A DNA stretch of 64,000 bases from Candidatus Limnocylindria bacterium (GTDB taxonomy: Bacteria > Chloroflexota > Limnocylindria > P2-11E): positions 66,675 to 130,674 of the forward strand of contig JBOGTG010000045.1 of the NCBI GenBank assembly GCA_050692175.1. The letters are read 5' to 3'. This document shows positions 40,905 through 49,547 of the stretch, one piece after another. Every line of letters starts with the position of its first letter. Positions within the stretch are counted from its first letter, which is position 1. The notes under the pieces were generated by a model. It was not told the DNA's origin, did not search any database, and was given only the letters and a program-made list of their open reading frames with translations. The position numbers and the translations under genes are program-made.

Positions 40905-41226
40905 CCCTCCCGCCCATCGGCCAGGCGTGCATGGAGGATAGGTCGCGGCACGCGCTGGCACGAGCGTTGGGCGGTCCCGGCTCGTCGATGATCCCGCCGA
41001 GCACGCGCGGCGCGGGGAACGCGGGGGCCGCCTCGCCGAGCGGGCGCGCACCGCCCTCGAGGAGGTCTTGGTCCGGGATCTCGACAAATGTTGCGTCCCG
41101 GTCTATCTGGCCGTGGCCCCGCAGGTCCTCGAGCGTGAGCTTCAGATCCCCGCGGCCTCGGCGGGCCCCGCGAAGCTGGACGCACGCGTGCTGCCCTGGC
41201 CGATCGGCGCGAAGGATGCGCAGCAA
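40905..41226 (-). CDS. hypothetical ORF segment (~108 codons) with coding-like GC3, runs into the 40613..40900 gene in a different frame
   Basis: MLRILRADRPGQHACVQLRG...DLKLTLEDLRGHGQIDRDATFVEIPDQDLLEGG; no stop before overlapping the next gene. Confidence 0.3.
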
Positions 41227-41263
41227 TGAGGTTGGCTTCAGCGTGCACCTGTTCGGAACGTGA

Positions 41264-41563
41264 CTAGTCGGGCAACACGCTCGTCATCATCTTGTTGACC
41301 GGCGCCTCGATGTACTGCGCGGGGTCCGGTGTCATGCGCTTGCGTTCTTCCGAGTCGTAGTACCGCCTATCCGCGGCGGCGAACCCGTCGGGGCCGTCGT
41401 AACCGAGTATCCAGACGAACTCGTCCGCGCCCTCGACGCGCCAAGCGCCGGCAAACGTGAACCCGAACTTTCGCCGCAAGGGGTACACACCGCGGAGCCA
41501 ACCGTCGAGGAACGTGCCCATGCTTCCCGCGCGGATCCGATAGTGCCGAAGCTGATATTCCAA
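41264..41563 (-). CDS. NIPSNAP/Dabb-like small alpha-beta barrel protein
   Basis: MEYQLRHYRIRAGSMGTFLDGW ... 99 aa. Confidence 0.55.
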   Translation of the reverse strand: MEYQLRHYRIRAGSMGTFLDGWLRGVYPLRRKFGFTFAGAWRVEGADEFVWILGYDGPDGFAAADRRYYDSEERKRMTPDPAQYIEAPVNKMMTSVLPD

Positions 41564-41587
41564 CGCCGTCCTCCTGAGCGGAGGAGG

Positions 41588-41890
41588 CTAGGTCCGGCGG
41601 ACTCCGGACGTCTTCCTCGAACCCTTCGGACTGCCGTTCGTTGTGCTCGCGGCGAGCGGCCCATCACCGTTCGTCGAAACTCCGTTCGGTGAGGTCCAGC
41701 GGACGAGAGACTCCAGCGGTACACCCCCGGTCGCCGACCAGCGGTGGGCGTCATCGGCGTCTGCTCCGTCGCAGTACGCCCAGGCGCCCTCATTGATCGT
41801 CAGCCCACCGTTGCCGTGACGCGAGCGAAGCGCCCGGTGGTCAGGCGACTGGCATTCCCAATGGACGATGCTTCGCGTAGACATCGTCAA
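41588..41890 (-). CDS. conserved hypothetical H/C-motif protein, second paralog of 9794..10180
   Basis: SIVHWECQSPDHRALRSRHGNGGLTINEGAWAYCDGADADDAHRWSATGGVPLESLV. Confidence 0.5.
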   Translation of the reverse strand: MTMSTRSIVHWECQSPDHRALRSRHGNGGLTINEGAWAYCDGADADDAHRWSATGGVPLESLVRWTSPNGVSTNGDGPLAASTTNGSPKGSRKTSGVRRT

Positions 41891-41996
41891 CCTCCCCCAA
41901 CGCGCAGCGGCGAAACCAAACGGTTACGAGTCTGGACTACGGCATCACCAAGGTCCATACCTTCAATAAAGAGGACGATCTGATTGCGCCGCGGCT

Positions 41997-42752
41997 TCAT
42001 TCGGCCGCAGCGCTCACAGCTGCCTGCGACTTGAAGCGGTACCCCGCCCCGGGGACCGTCTCGATGAAGCGAGGCGTGCGCCAGTCGTCACCGAGCTTCA
42101 CACGCAGCTCACGAATGTGGCGATCGACGACGTTGCTCTCGATCTGGAATTCGCCACCCCAGATCGTGGAGAGAAGGTCTTCCCGACTCAAGGCCTTCCC
42201 CGCGTTCGCAGCGAGCAGGTAGAGGAGTGTCTGCTGGATCGGGGTGAGGTGAAGCTCGCGGCCCCCGACCCTCGCGCGCTGCGCAATCAGGTCCACCTCG
42301 AGTCCGTCGAGTCTGATCATTGGCACGATGGTGACTGCCATACCGTGCGCCCTCCGCAGCACAGCGAAGGGGCGAGCCACGATCTCGTCCAACGTGAACG
42401 GGACCTCGACGATGTCGTCGGCGCCGCGCTCGTACGCACTGAGCTTCAAGGCGGTGTCGCGCCGGCGGGTGAACGCGAGGATGGGGATCTGGCCGTGGGT
42501 CAGGCCTCGCCCGACGATGTCGATGAACTTCCCATACAGATCGAGGTCGATGAACGCCAGATGGGGACGCCAGTCGTCCAGGAGCGCTCGACACTCCTCC
42601 GCGTTCGTGACTCGTTTTGTCTCGTACCGTCCATGCTGAAGGGTCAAGGTCACGAGGCTTCCCAGGGTCTCGTTCATGACGAGCAATGCGCGAGGGGATT
42701 CGCCTTCGGCCGATCTGGCGCCCCCGCGGGTGCGCCCGCTGAGAGCTGCCAC
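41997..42752 (-). CDS. atypical OmpR-family response regulator (degenerate receiver domain + winged helix)
   Basis: C-terminal LLSTIWGGEF...VDRHIRELRVKL...ETVPGAGYRF OmpR wHTH; receiver lacks acidic pair (LLVMNETLG) and conserved Lys (IVEVPF). Confidence 0.7.
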   Translation of the reverse strand: MAALSGRTRGGARSAEGESPRALLVMNETLGSLVTLTLQHGRYETKRVTNAEECRALLDDWRPHLAFIDLDLYGKFIDIVGRGLTHGQIPILAFTRRRDTALKLSAYERGADDIVEVPFTLDEIVARPFAVLRRAHGMAVTIVPMIRLDGLEVDLIAQRARVGGRELHLTPIQQTLLYLLAANAGKALSREDLLSTIWGGEFQIESNVVDRHIRELRVKLGDDWRTPRFIETVPGAGYRFKSQAAVSAAAE

Positions 42753-42796
42753 GAGTCAGGTCTACCCTCGGGATAACGCCCTGTCATGACGTGAAC

Positions 42797-43468
42797 TCAC
42801 GCGACGGCGAGGAAGCGGTAGCCCTTTCCGGGGACTGTCCCGATGAACCGAGGATTTCGCCAGGGATCCTTCAACTTCATCCGCAGATTTCGCACGTGGC
42901 GATCGACCACGTTGCTCCCCGCGACATAATCGGCGCCCCAGAGCGCGTCCAGGATCTCGTCGCGCCCGAGCGTCTGGCCCGGATTGGACGCAAGCAGGTA
43001 GAGGAGTGCCTGCTCCATCGCGGTGAGTTCCGGGTGGGATCTACCGACCTTCACCCGCTGATTCAGCAAGTCGATCTCCAGGCCGGCGACTTTGATCACG
43101 GGGAGGAAGGCGACGCCGTCGCCGTAGCTCCGCCGCATCAAGGCCAGCACCCTGGCCACGAGCTCCTCGGGAACGAATGGCACTGTGATGATGTCGTCCG
43201 CGCCTCGATCGAAGGCGGCGAGCTTCGTCTTGAGATCGCCTCGCACGCTGAACACGATCGTCGGAACCCGTCTGCCCGCCACTCGCAGGCCGATGAGGCC
43301 GAGAGCGTCGGCGTCGTTGGCGTCGAGATCCACCAGCAGGAGGTGCGGCCGCCAGGTCTCGAGTTCGGTCCTGGCGATCGTCGCGTTTATGGCGATGCGC
43401 GTTTCGTACTTGCCGTGATCGAGCGTGAGCGCCACGAGGTTCGCGAGTGGTTGATCGACCACGACCAA
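42797..43468 (-). CDS. atypical OmpR-family response regulator, tandem paralog
   Basis: VVVDQPLANLV in place of EDD; IITVPF in place of KPF; wHTH ILDALWGADY...VDRHVRNLRMKL...GTVPGKGYRF. Confidence 0.7.
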   Translation of the reverse strand: MVVVDQPLANLVALTLDHGKYETRIAINATIARTELETWRPHLLLVDLDANDADALGLIGLRVAGRRVPTIVFSVRGDLKTKLAAFDRGADDIITVPFVPEELVARVLALMRRSYGDGVAFLPVIKVAGLEIDLLNQRVKVGRSHPELTAMEQALLYLLASNPGQTLGRDEILDALWGADYVAGSNVVDRHVRNLRMKLKDPWRNPRFIGTVPGKGYRFLAVA

Positions 43469-43525
43469 GACTCGCGCAGGGCCCAGGAGTTGGTTTCTCT
43501 TTACGTCGCGAGTCTACGCGCGGGC

Positions 43526-44377
43526 TCAGCGTCTAAGAACGAGGCCGATCTTCCCAAAGGTGGCCCTCGGTTCCGCGAAGACCTTCACGCCGCCGGGGCC
43601 GTCTTGCACGTGATCGGGCGTGTGGTTCTCGGCGACGAACTCGATCTCCTGAAGCTGCCTATGCGCCGCAAGCAGGCGTGCGCCCATCTCGTGGACCAGA
43701 TGCTGGATGGAGCGGCTGTTGAACTCGTCGAAGATCCGCTCGATCTCGTCGCGCATGGCCCGGGCACCGAGAAAGCCGGAGCCCTCGGCGACACCGTCCT
43801 TGAGATCGCTGTAGCGCCAGTAGACGGACAGAGTGATCGTCAGCGGGCGGTCGGTGAGCTCGGGGAGCGTCGTGTAGTCGTCCCGTGCGAAGGTCGCGAA
43901 CGAGCTGCCGGTCGTCTTGATGAGGACCATGCCCTCCCAGCCACTGCGCGCGGAGGTGACCTCCGGCTGTCCACCGATCGCCTCGAGGGCGACCTGTGCG
44001 AATGCACCCTCCGCGCGCGTCGAGCGGAAGACGACATCGCTTGGGCCGCGTTCTCCGGGGGCCGCGTCCAGTGGCACCTCACGCGCGGTCACGCGGAGCG
44101 CCTCCATGACCGGGTAGGTCTCGAGGAACTTCCGGCCGAGGAAGGCGCAGAGACCAGGGAGCGTGCGACCGCTGTACTCAGCCGCCATCGCATAGACAAA
44201 GTTTTTCATCGTGTCGGTCGCGACGACCTCGCGATTGGCACCTTCGGTGTATGCGGCGAGAAAGCGCGTTCCAAAAACGTCGATGTCGACCGAGGCGGCG
44301 AGCGGCGCGATATCGCGACCGCCGAGCCGGTAGAACACGACGTGGGCCTTCCCGTAGCTAATCTCGGTCGACGTCAC
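43526..44377 (-). CDS. urate oxidase (factor-independent uricase)
   Basis: VVFYRLGG...AYTEGANREVVATDTMKN uricase signatures; 283 aa tandem T-fold. Confidence 0.9.
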   Translation of the reverse strand: MTSTEISYGKAHVVFYRLGGRDIAPLAASVDIDVFGTRFLAAYTEGANREVVATDTMKNFVYAMAAEYSGRTLPGLCAFLGRKFLETYPVMEALRVTAREVPLDAAPGERGPSDVVFRSTRAEGAFAQVALEAIGGQPEVTSARSGWEGMVLIKTTGSSFATFARDDYTTLPELTDRPLTITLSVYWRYSDLKDGVAEGSGFLGARAMRDEIERIFDEFNSRSIQHLVHEMGARLLAAHRQLQEIEFVAENHTPDHVQDGPGGVKVFAEPRATFGKIGLVLRR

Positions 44378-44814
44378 GATACGATCCGCTCCAACCGATC
44401 GCGTGTGATCGCGAGGAACTCTTCGATGCCGGTCGCGAGCTCATCCTCGCGCGTGCGTCGCAGGCGTTCGCGAAACAGAGGCACGATGTCAGCTTTCGAG
44501 CGGCCGCCAACGAACACGACGAAGCGAAAGCCGAACCGGCGCTCGTACTCGTCGTTCAGCGCGGCGAGGTCTCGCACGGCCGCGACGTCCGCGCCGCCGC
44601 CCTGCTCGCGGCGCGAGAGTGCTGAGAGCGACACGGGATCGGCCCCGATCCGCGGGTGAGCGTTCAGCACGGCGATGCGCTCCTCCTCGGTCATGCGCGC
44701 GATCACGGAGCGGGCCGACGCGACGATTGACACGGGGTCCGTTCCCCGCACCCGGTCGGCGAGGCCAGGAGCCCGCTCGAAGATCGCCGCCAGCGCTTCC
44801 GGCGCGATGGTCAT
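44374..44814 (-). CDS. uraD: OHCU decarboxylase
   Basis: LNAHPRIG...FGFRFVVFVGG motif; real start at Met224 of the reported 369-aa ORF. Confidence 0.8.
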   Translation of the reverse strand: MTIAPEALAAIFERAPGLADRVRGTDPVSIVASARSVIARMTEEERIAVLNAHPRIGADPVSLSALSRREQGGGADVAAVRDLAALNDEYERRFGFRFVVFVGGRSKADIVPLFRERLRRTREDELATGIEEFLAITRDRLERIVS

Positions 44815-45110
44815 CACGAGCCGCGGTAGCTCGTCACCCCGAATGGCGTGACGAGGAGCGGGACGTGGTACTTGGAGTCGGAGCCGATCTCGATGTCCAG
44901 CGCGACGCGCCGGAAGAATCCGCTGGTCGCGAGCTCGAAGACGAGCCGGTAGCGACCCGGCTCGAGCGAACCGGCCAGCTCCCCGATGCGTCCGTCGTCG
45001 TCGGTCACGCCGCGCGCAAGCACCGCGTTGCCTCTCTCGAGCGAGACCGCCACTCCGGACGCGGGGCGGCCGCTCGCCGTATCGAGGATGTGCGTGGAGA
45101 GGGTCGCCAT
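44814..45110 (-). CDS. uraH: 5-hydroxyisourate hydrolase (transthyretin-like)
   Basis: STHILDTASGRPA ... C-terminal YRGS signature. Confidence 0.85.
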   Translation of the reverse strand: MATLSTHILDTASGRPASGVAVSLERGNAVLARGVTDDDGRIGELAGSLEPGRYRLVFELATSGFFRRVALDIEIGSDSKYHVPLLVTPFGVTSYRGS

Positions 45111-45135
45111 GCGCGGCCGGTATCGTACGCCCGCG

Positions 45136-45549
45136 ATGGCCATGCTCCGCATTACGGCCGGACCTTTCACGTTCAGGGCACGTCTCGAGGAAAGGGACGC
45201 GCCAAGAACGTGCGCGGCGATTCGAAAGCTCCTGCCCATGCGAAGCAAGCTCGTCCACTGCCGGTGGAGCGGCGAATCGACATGGGTCCCGATGGGCGAG
45301 ACGCGACTCGGCGTCGACTTCGAGAATCACACCAGCCACCCGGCGCCGGGGCAGGTGCTGGTGTACCCCGGCGGCATCTCGGAGATGGAGATCCTCTTCC
45401 CGTACGGCTCGACGATGTTCTCGAGCAAGGTGGGACAGCTCGCCGGCAACCACTTCGCGACCGTCGTTGAGGGAAACGAGCATCTCGCGGAGATCGGCCG
45501 GCTCACCCTCTGGGAAGGCGCGCAGGACTTCAGCATCACCGAAGAGTGA
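45136..45549 (+). CDS. DUF3830-like (cyclophilin-like fold) protein associated with purine catabolism clusters
   Basis: MAMLRITAGPFTFRARLEERDAPRTCAAIRKLLP...; family call from memory, moderate. Confidence 0.4.
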   Translation: MAMLRITAGPFTFRARLEERDAPRTCAAIRKLLPMRSKLVHCRWSGESTWVPMGETRLGVDFENHTSHPAPGQVLVYPGGISEMEILFPYGSTMFSSKVGQLAGNHFATVVEGNEHLAEIGRLTLWEGAQDFSITEE

Positions 45550-46931
45550 CCGTTAAGGCCGATCTCGCGATACGTGGCGCACTGGTCATCTCCGATGGCG
45601 CCTATCCCCGCGACATCCTGATTCGCGGCAGGCGAATCGCCGCGCTCGTCGAAGCCGACGCCTCCGCGGCAAAGGACGAGATCGACGCGCGAGGCCTTCT
45701 CGCGCTGCCCGGAGTGGTCGACGCGCACGTGCATTTCAATGAGCCCGGCCGGACGGACTGGGAAGGCTGGGCGAGCGGCAGCCGCGCGGCTGCGGCTGGC
45801 GGGACCACGACGGTCCTCGACATGCCCCTCAATTCGATCCCGCCGGTACTCGACGGCGCCTCGTTCGATGTCAAGAAGGAGGCGGCTGAGAAAGCATCGG
45901 TCGTCGACTTCGGGCTCTGGGGCGGGCTGGTCGACGCCGACCCACGCAGCCTGCGCGAGCTCGGCGAACGAGGCGCCGTGGGCGTCAAAGCGTTCCTTTG
46001 CGATAGCGGCGTTGTCGAGTTTCCCGCGCTCGGCGACGAGGACCTCGTGCCGGCGCTCCGCGCCGCAGCGGACGCGAATCTCGTCGTGGCGCTCCACTGT
46101 GAGGACGAGGGCCTCGTTCGCGAGGCGACCGCCCGGATCCGCCGCACGGGGAGACACGACGCTCGGGCCTGGCCCTTGTCGCGGCCGCCACTCGTCGAAG
46201 TCCGAGCCGTGGCGCGTGCCTGCGCGGCGGCTCGGGAAGCCGGAGCGCGTATCCACGTCGTGCATCTTTCGGCGGTCGAGGCGCTTGGCGCGGTCGGCGC
46301 GGCACGCGATACGGGCGTCGACGTCACGGCCGAGACCTGCCCCCATTACCTGACGTTCGACGACGCCGATCTCGCCGGGCAGGGTGGGCCGCTCAAGTGC
46401 GCTCCGCCGATCCGCGACGCTCGGAACCGCGATGGTCTTTGGCGCGCCCTGCTCGAAGGAAAGATCGACTTCGTGGCGTCGGACCACTCGCCCTGCCCGC
46501 CGTCACTCAAAGAATCCGACGACATCTTCGCTGCCTGGGGCGGCATCGCCGGCGCGCAGTCGCTCCTGCCAGCGGTGTTCGCCGGCGCCATAGCGCGCGC
46601 AGGGGATGCGCTCGATGTTCGCAAGGTCGCGGGTTTCGTGGTCTGGCGGCTATCGGCGAGACCCGCCAAACGCTTCGGCCTCTGGCCGCGGAAGGGCGCG
46701 ATCGCGCCGGGCTCGGATGCCGACATCGTGCTCTTCGATCCCGACCGTGAGTGGACCCAGGGTCAGGAGCGCTCGCACACCCGGGGGGTCGACCCGTATG
46801 TGGGCCGATCGTTCCGCGGGAAGGTCGTCCGGACGCTCGTGGGCGGTCGCACGGTCTATAAGGAGGGTGAGAAGGTCACCGATCCCCCGCGCGGTCGTTT
46901 CATCCGCGGAGGGGAAGGGGTCCCAGGATGA
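45546..46931 (+). CDS. allB: allantoinase (cyclic amidohydrolase)
   Basis: VDAHVHFNEPGRTDWEG, KAF carbamylated Lys region, HVVHLS, ASDHSP motifs. Confidence 0.85.
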   Translation: MTVKADLAIRGALVISDGAYPRDILIRGRRIAALVEADASAAKDEIDARGLLALPGVVDAHVHFNEPGRTDWEGWASGSRAAAAGGTTTVLDMPLNSIPPVLDGASFDVKKEAAEKASVVDFGLWGGLVDADPRSLRELGERGAVGVKAFLCDSGVVEFPALGDEDLVPALRAAADANLVVALHCEDEGLVREATARIRRTGRHDARAWPLSRPPLVEVRAVARACAAAREAGARIHVVHLSAVEALGAVGAARDTGVDVTAETCPHYLTFDDADLAGQGGPLKCAPPIRDARNRDGLWRALLEGKIDFVASDHSPCPPSLKESDDIFAAWGGIAGAQSLLPAVFAGAIARAGDALDVRKVAGFVVWRLSARPAKRFGLWPRKGAIAPGSDADIVLFDPDREWTQGQERSHTRGVDPYVGRSFRGKVVRTLVGGRTVYKEGEKVTDPPRGRFIRGGEGVPG

Positions 46932-48184
46932 CCGCGACCACCACGCGCGATCTCGTTGAGATCGACGAGCGCAGATTGCTGCGCCGGCTCGACGACCTCG
47001 CGCAGCGCGGCGCGCTTCCGCAGGGGGGCATGTACCGACCCCTGTACTCGCCGCCGTGGAGCTCCGCGATGGATCTCGTCACCACCTGGATGAAGGACGC
47101 CGGCCTTCTCGTGAGGCGTGACGGGGTCGGGAACGTATGGGGTCGGATCGAAGGATCGCGAGGGGGTCGCGTCATCGCGACCGGCTCACACATCGACACC
47201 GTGCGTGGGGGAGGCGCACTCGACGGAGCCCTCGGCGTCGTAGCGGCGATCGAAGCAGTGAGCAGTCTCTGGCAACGGTTCGGCCGATCCACGCGAATAC
47301 TCGAATGCGTCGCGATATGCGAGGAGGAAGGGAGCCGGTTCGACACGAACTTCTGGGGCGCCCGCGCGATCGCCGATCGGCTAGAGCCTGGCGAGGCCGA
47401 TCGCGCGCGCGACGCGGAGGGCGTGACGCTCGCCGAGGCGATGCGCGGGGTCGGCCTCGACCCCGCGAACACCGCGACCGCGGTCCGCCGCGATCTCGAT
47501 GTCTTCGTCGAGCTGCATATCGAGCAGGGACCCATCCTCGAGGACCACGGACCGCGCCTCGGCGTGGTCACGACGATCGCGGGTACCGCGCACCTCGAGA
47601 TAACGGTGCGCGGCCAGGCCGATCACGCCGGCTCGATGGCAATGGATCGCCGTCGCGACGCGTTCCTCGGCGCGGCTGCGATATCCCTCGCGATAGCCGA
47701 CGCCGCCCTACGGATGGGGCACCCGGCGGTCGCGACCGTTGGCACGATCGCGGTCGAGCCGTCGCAGGTGAACGTCGTCCCGGGGCTCGCTCGGTTCACC
47801 GTCGACACTCGACACCCGGACCCCGCACGGCGGAGCGAGCTCATCACCCAAATCGGGGATGCGTCCAAGAGGATCGAGGCCGAACGTGGTCTCGTCGTGG
47901 AAGTCCGGACCCTCCGCGATCGTCCGCCGGTGACGCTCTCCCCCCGCGTCACCGATGTCCTTCGCCGCGCCTGCGTCGCCGCCGGCATCGAGCCGCGCGA
48001 GATGGCGAGCGGCGCCGGTCACGACGCGCAGGTCCTGGCGGCGGCCGCGAACACGGGGATGCTGTTCGTCCCCAGCATCGGCGGCCGGTCGCACTGTCCA
48101 GAAGAGGCGACCGCGGCGGAGGACGTCGTGCTCGGCACCCGCGTTCTCGCGACCGCGCTCCGCGGCCTCGCGTACCAGGCATGA
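46928..48184 (+). CDS. allC: allantoate amidohydrolase (M20 family Zn hydrolase)
   Basis: GSHIDTV, CEEEGSRF, M20 dimerisation domain; overlaps allantoinase stop. Confidence 0.85.
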   Translation: MTATTTRDLVEIDERRLLRRLDDLAQRGALPQGGMYRPLYSPPWSSAMDLVTTWMKDAGLLVRRDGVGNVWGRIEGSRGGRVIATGSHIDTVRGGGALDGALGVVAAIEAVSSLWQRFGRSTRILECVAICEEEGSRFDTNFWGARAIADRLEPGEADRARDAEGVTLAEAMRGVGLDPANTATAVRRDLDVFVELHIEQGPILEDHGPRLGVVTTIAGTAHLEITVRGQADHAGSMAMDRRRDAFLGAAAISLAIADAALRMGHPAVATVGTIAVEPSQVNVVPGLARFTVDTRHPDPARRSELITQIGDASKRIEAERGLVVEVRTLRDRPPVTLSPRVTDVLRRACVAAGIEPREMASGAGHDAQVLAAAANTGMLFVPSIGGRSHCPEEATAAEDVVLGTRVLATALRGLAYQA

Positions 48185-49500
48185 GCGTTCTCCTGCGCGG
48201 AGGCACGCTGCTGCCACTGCGGGATTCGCCGCGGCCGGTGATGGGCGACCTCCTGGTCAGCGGAACGCGCATCGGGGGTGTCGGCGAGGTCACGCCGCCT
48301 CCCGACACCGAGGTGGTCGACATCTCGGGGTGCGCGGTGATGCCAGGCATCGTCCAGACGCACGTTCATCTGGTGCAGACGCTTTTCCGTGGTCTCGCCG
48401 AGGACATGCCGCTCCTCGGATGGCTGCGGACTCGGGTATGGCCGCTCGAGGCGGCGCACGACGAGGCGTCGGTGCGTGCCAGCGTGCGCCTTGGTCTGCT
48501 CGACCTGCTCACGACAGGCACGACGACGATCCTCGACATGGGAACCACTCATTTCGGCGACATCGTCGCCGAGGAGCTCGTGCGAAGTGGGATCCGCGCA
48601 CGCTTCGGCCAGGCGATGATGGACACCGGCGAAGGCGTTCCCGCCAATCTCCTCGAGACGCTGCGCGCTTCGCTCGACGCCGGCGGCGCCCTTACCAAAC
48701 GGTGGCACAAAGCCTCGAGCGGGCGGATCGGCTACGTGTACATGCCTCGCTTCGCGCTCTCGTGCACCCGCGAGCTCCTCGAAGCCGTGACGCAGCTTGC
48801 CAAGCTCAGCGACCTGCTCGTGCACACGCATTCGAACGAAAGCGTGGACGAGCGCAACGCGGTGGTCATGGCGACCGGCCGCACGCCGATGCAGTACCTC
48901 CTCGACACGGGTATCGCGTGCGAGCGCGCGATCATCGCGCACGGCGTCCACCTCGACGATTCCGAGGTCGAGATCCTCCGGACGACGAAAACGTCCGTCG
49001 CGCACTGCCCGTCGTCGAATCTGAAGCTTGGTTCCGGAATCGCGCAGGTTGCGCGATTACGTAGCGCGCACATCACGGTAGGCCTCGGAGCGGACGGCGC
49101 GGCCTGCAACAACCGGCTCGATGGATTCGAAGAGATGCGTCTCGCGACGCTCCTGGCACGCGTGGTGAGCGGGCTCGGCACGCTGAGCGGCTACGACGCG
49201 ATGGGCCTCGCGACGCGGGAGGGCGCGAAGATGCTGCGGATCGACGCCGAGGTCGGCACGCTCGAGCAGGGAAAACGCGCGGACCTCGTCGTGCTGGACC
49301 TCGAGCGACTCGATGGACCGGGCGGGGATCCCGTGGCGCGGATCCTCTTCGGCGGCGGCTCGCGCGGCGTGCGCCACGTACTCGTCGACGGCGAGTTCCT
49401 CGTCCGTGATGGACTCCCGACGAAGATGGACGCGAACGAGGTGCGGGCGAAGGCGGCCGAGCAGCTCGGCCCTCTCATGAAGCGAGCGGGACTCGCGTAG
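48181..49500 (+). CDS. amidohydrolase of ATZ/TRZ-SsnA family, guanine (or 8-oxoguanine) deaminase-like
   Basis: QTHVHLVQT, HTHSNES, HGVHL, GLGADGAA metal ligands; ATGA overlap with previous stop. Confidence 0.65.
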   Translation: MSVLLRGGTLLPLRDSPRPVMGDLLVSGTRIGGVGEVTPPPDTEVVDISGCAVMPGIVQTHVHLVQTLFRGLAEDMPLLGWLRTRVWPLEAAHDEASVRASVRLGLLDLLTTGTTTILDMGTTHFGDIVAEELVRSGIRARFGQAMMDTGEGVPANLLETLRASLDAGGALTKRWHKASSGRIGYVYMPRFALSCTRELLEAVTQLAKLSDLLVHTHSNESVDERNAVVMATGRTPMQYLLDTGIACERAIIAHGVHLDDSEVEILRTTKTSVAHCPSSNLKLGSGIAQVARLRSAHITVGLGADGAACNNRLDGFEEMRLATLLARVVSGLGTLSGYDAMGLATREGAKMLRIDAEVGTLEQGKRADLVVLDLERLDGPGGDPVARILFGGGSRGVRHVLVDGEFLVRDGLPTKMDANEVRAKAAEQLGPLMKRAGLA

Positions 49501-49547
49501 CACACCGCCCGGCGTGGGCTACGCGATCGTGCTGAAAGAGACCGCGG

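Noticed and set aside
49501-49547. Possible intrinsic terminator between convergent amidohydrolase and cyclase genes
   Set aside because: Only a 4-bp GC stem (GCCC...GGGC) without U-tract. Too weak to call.
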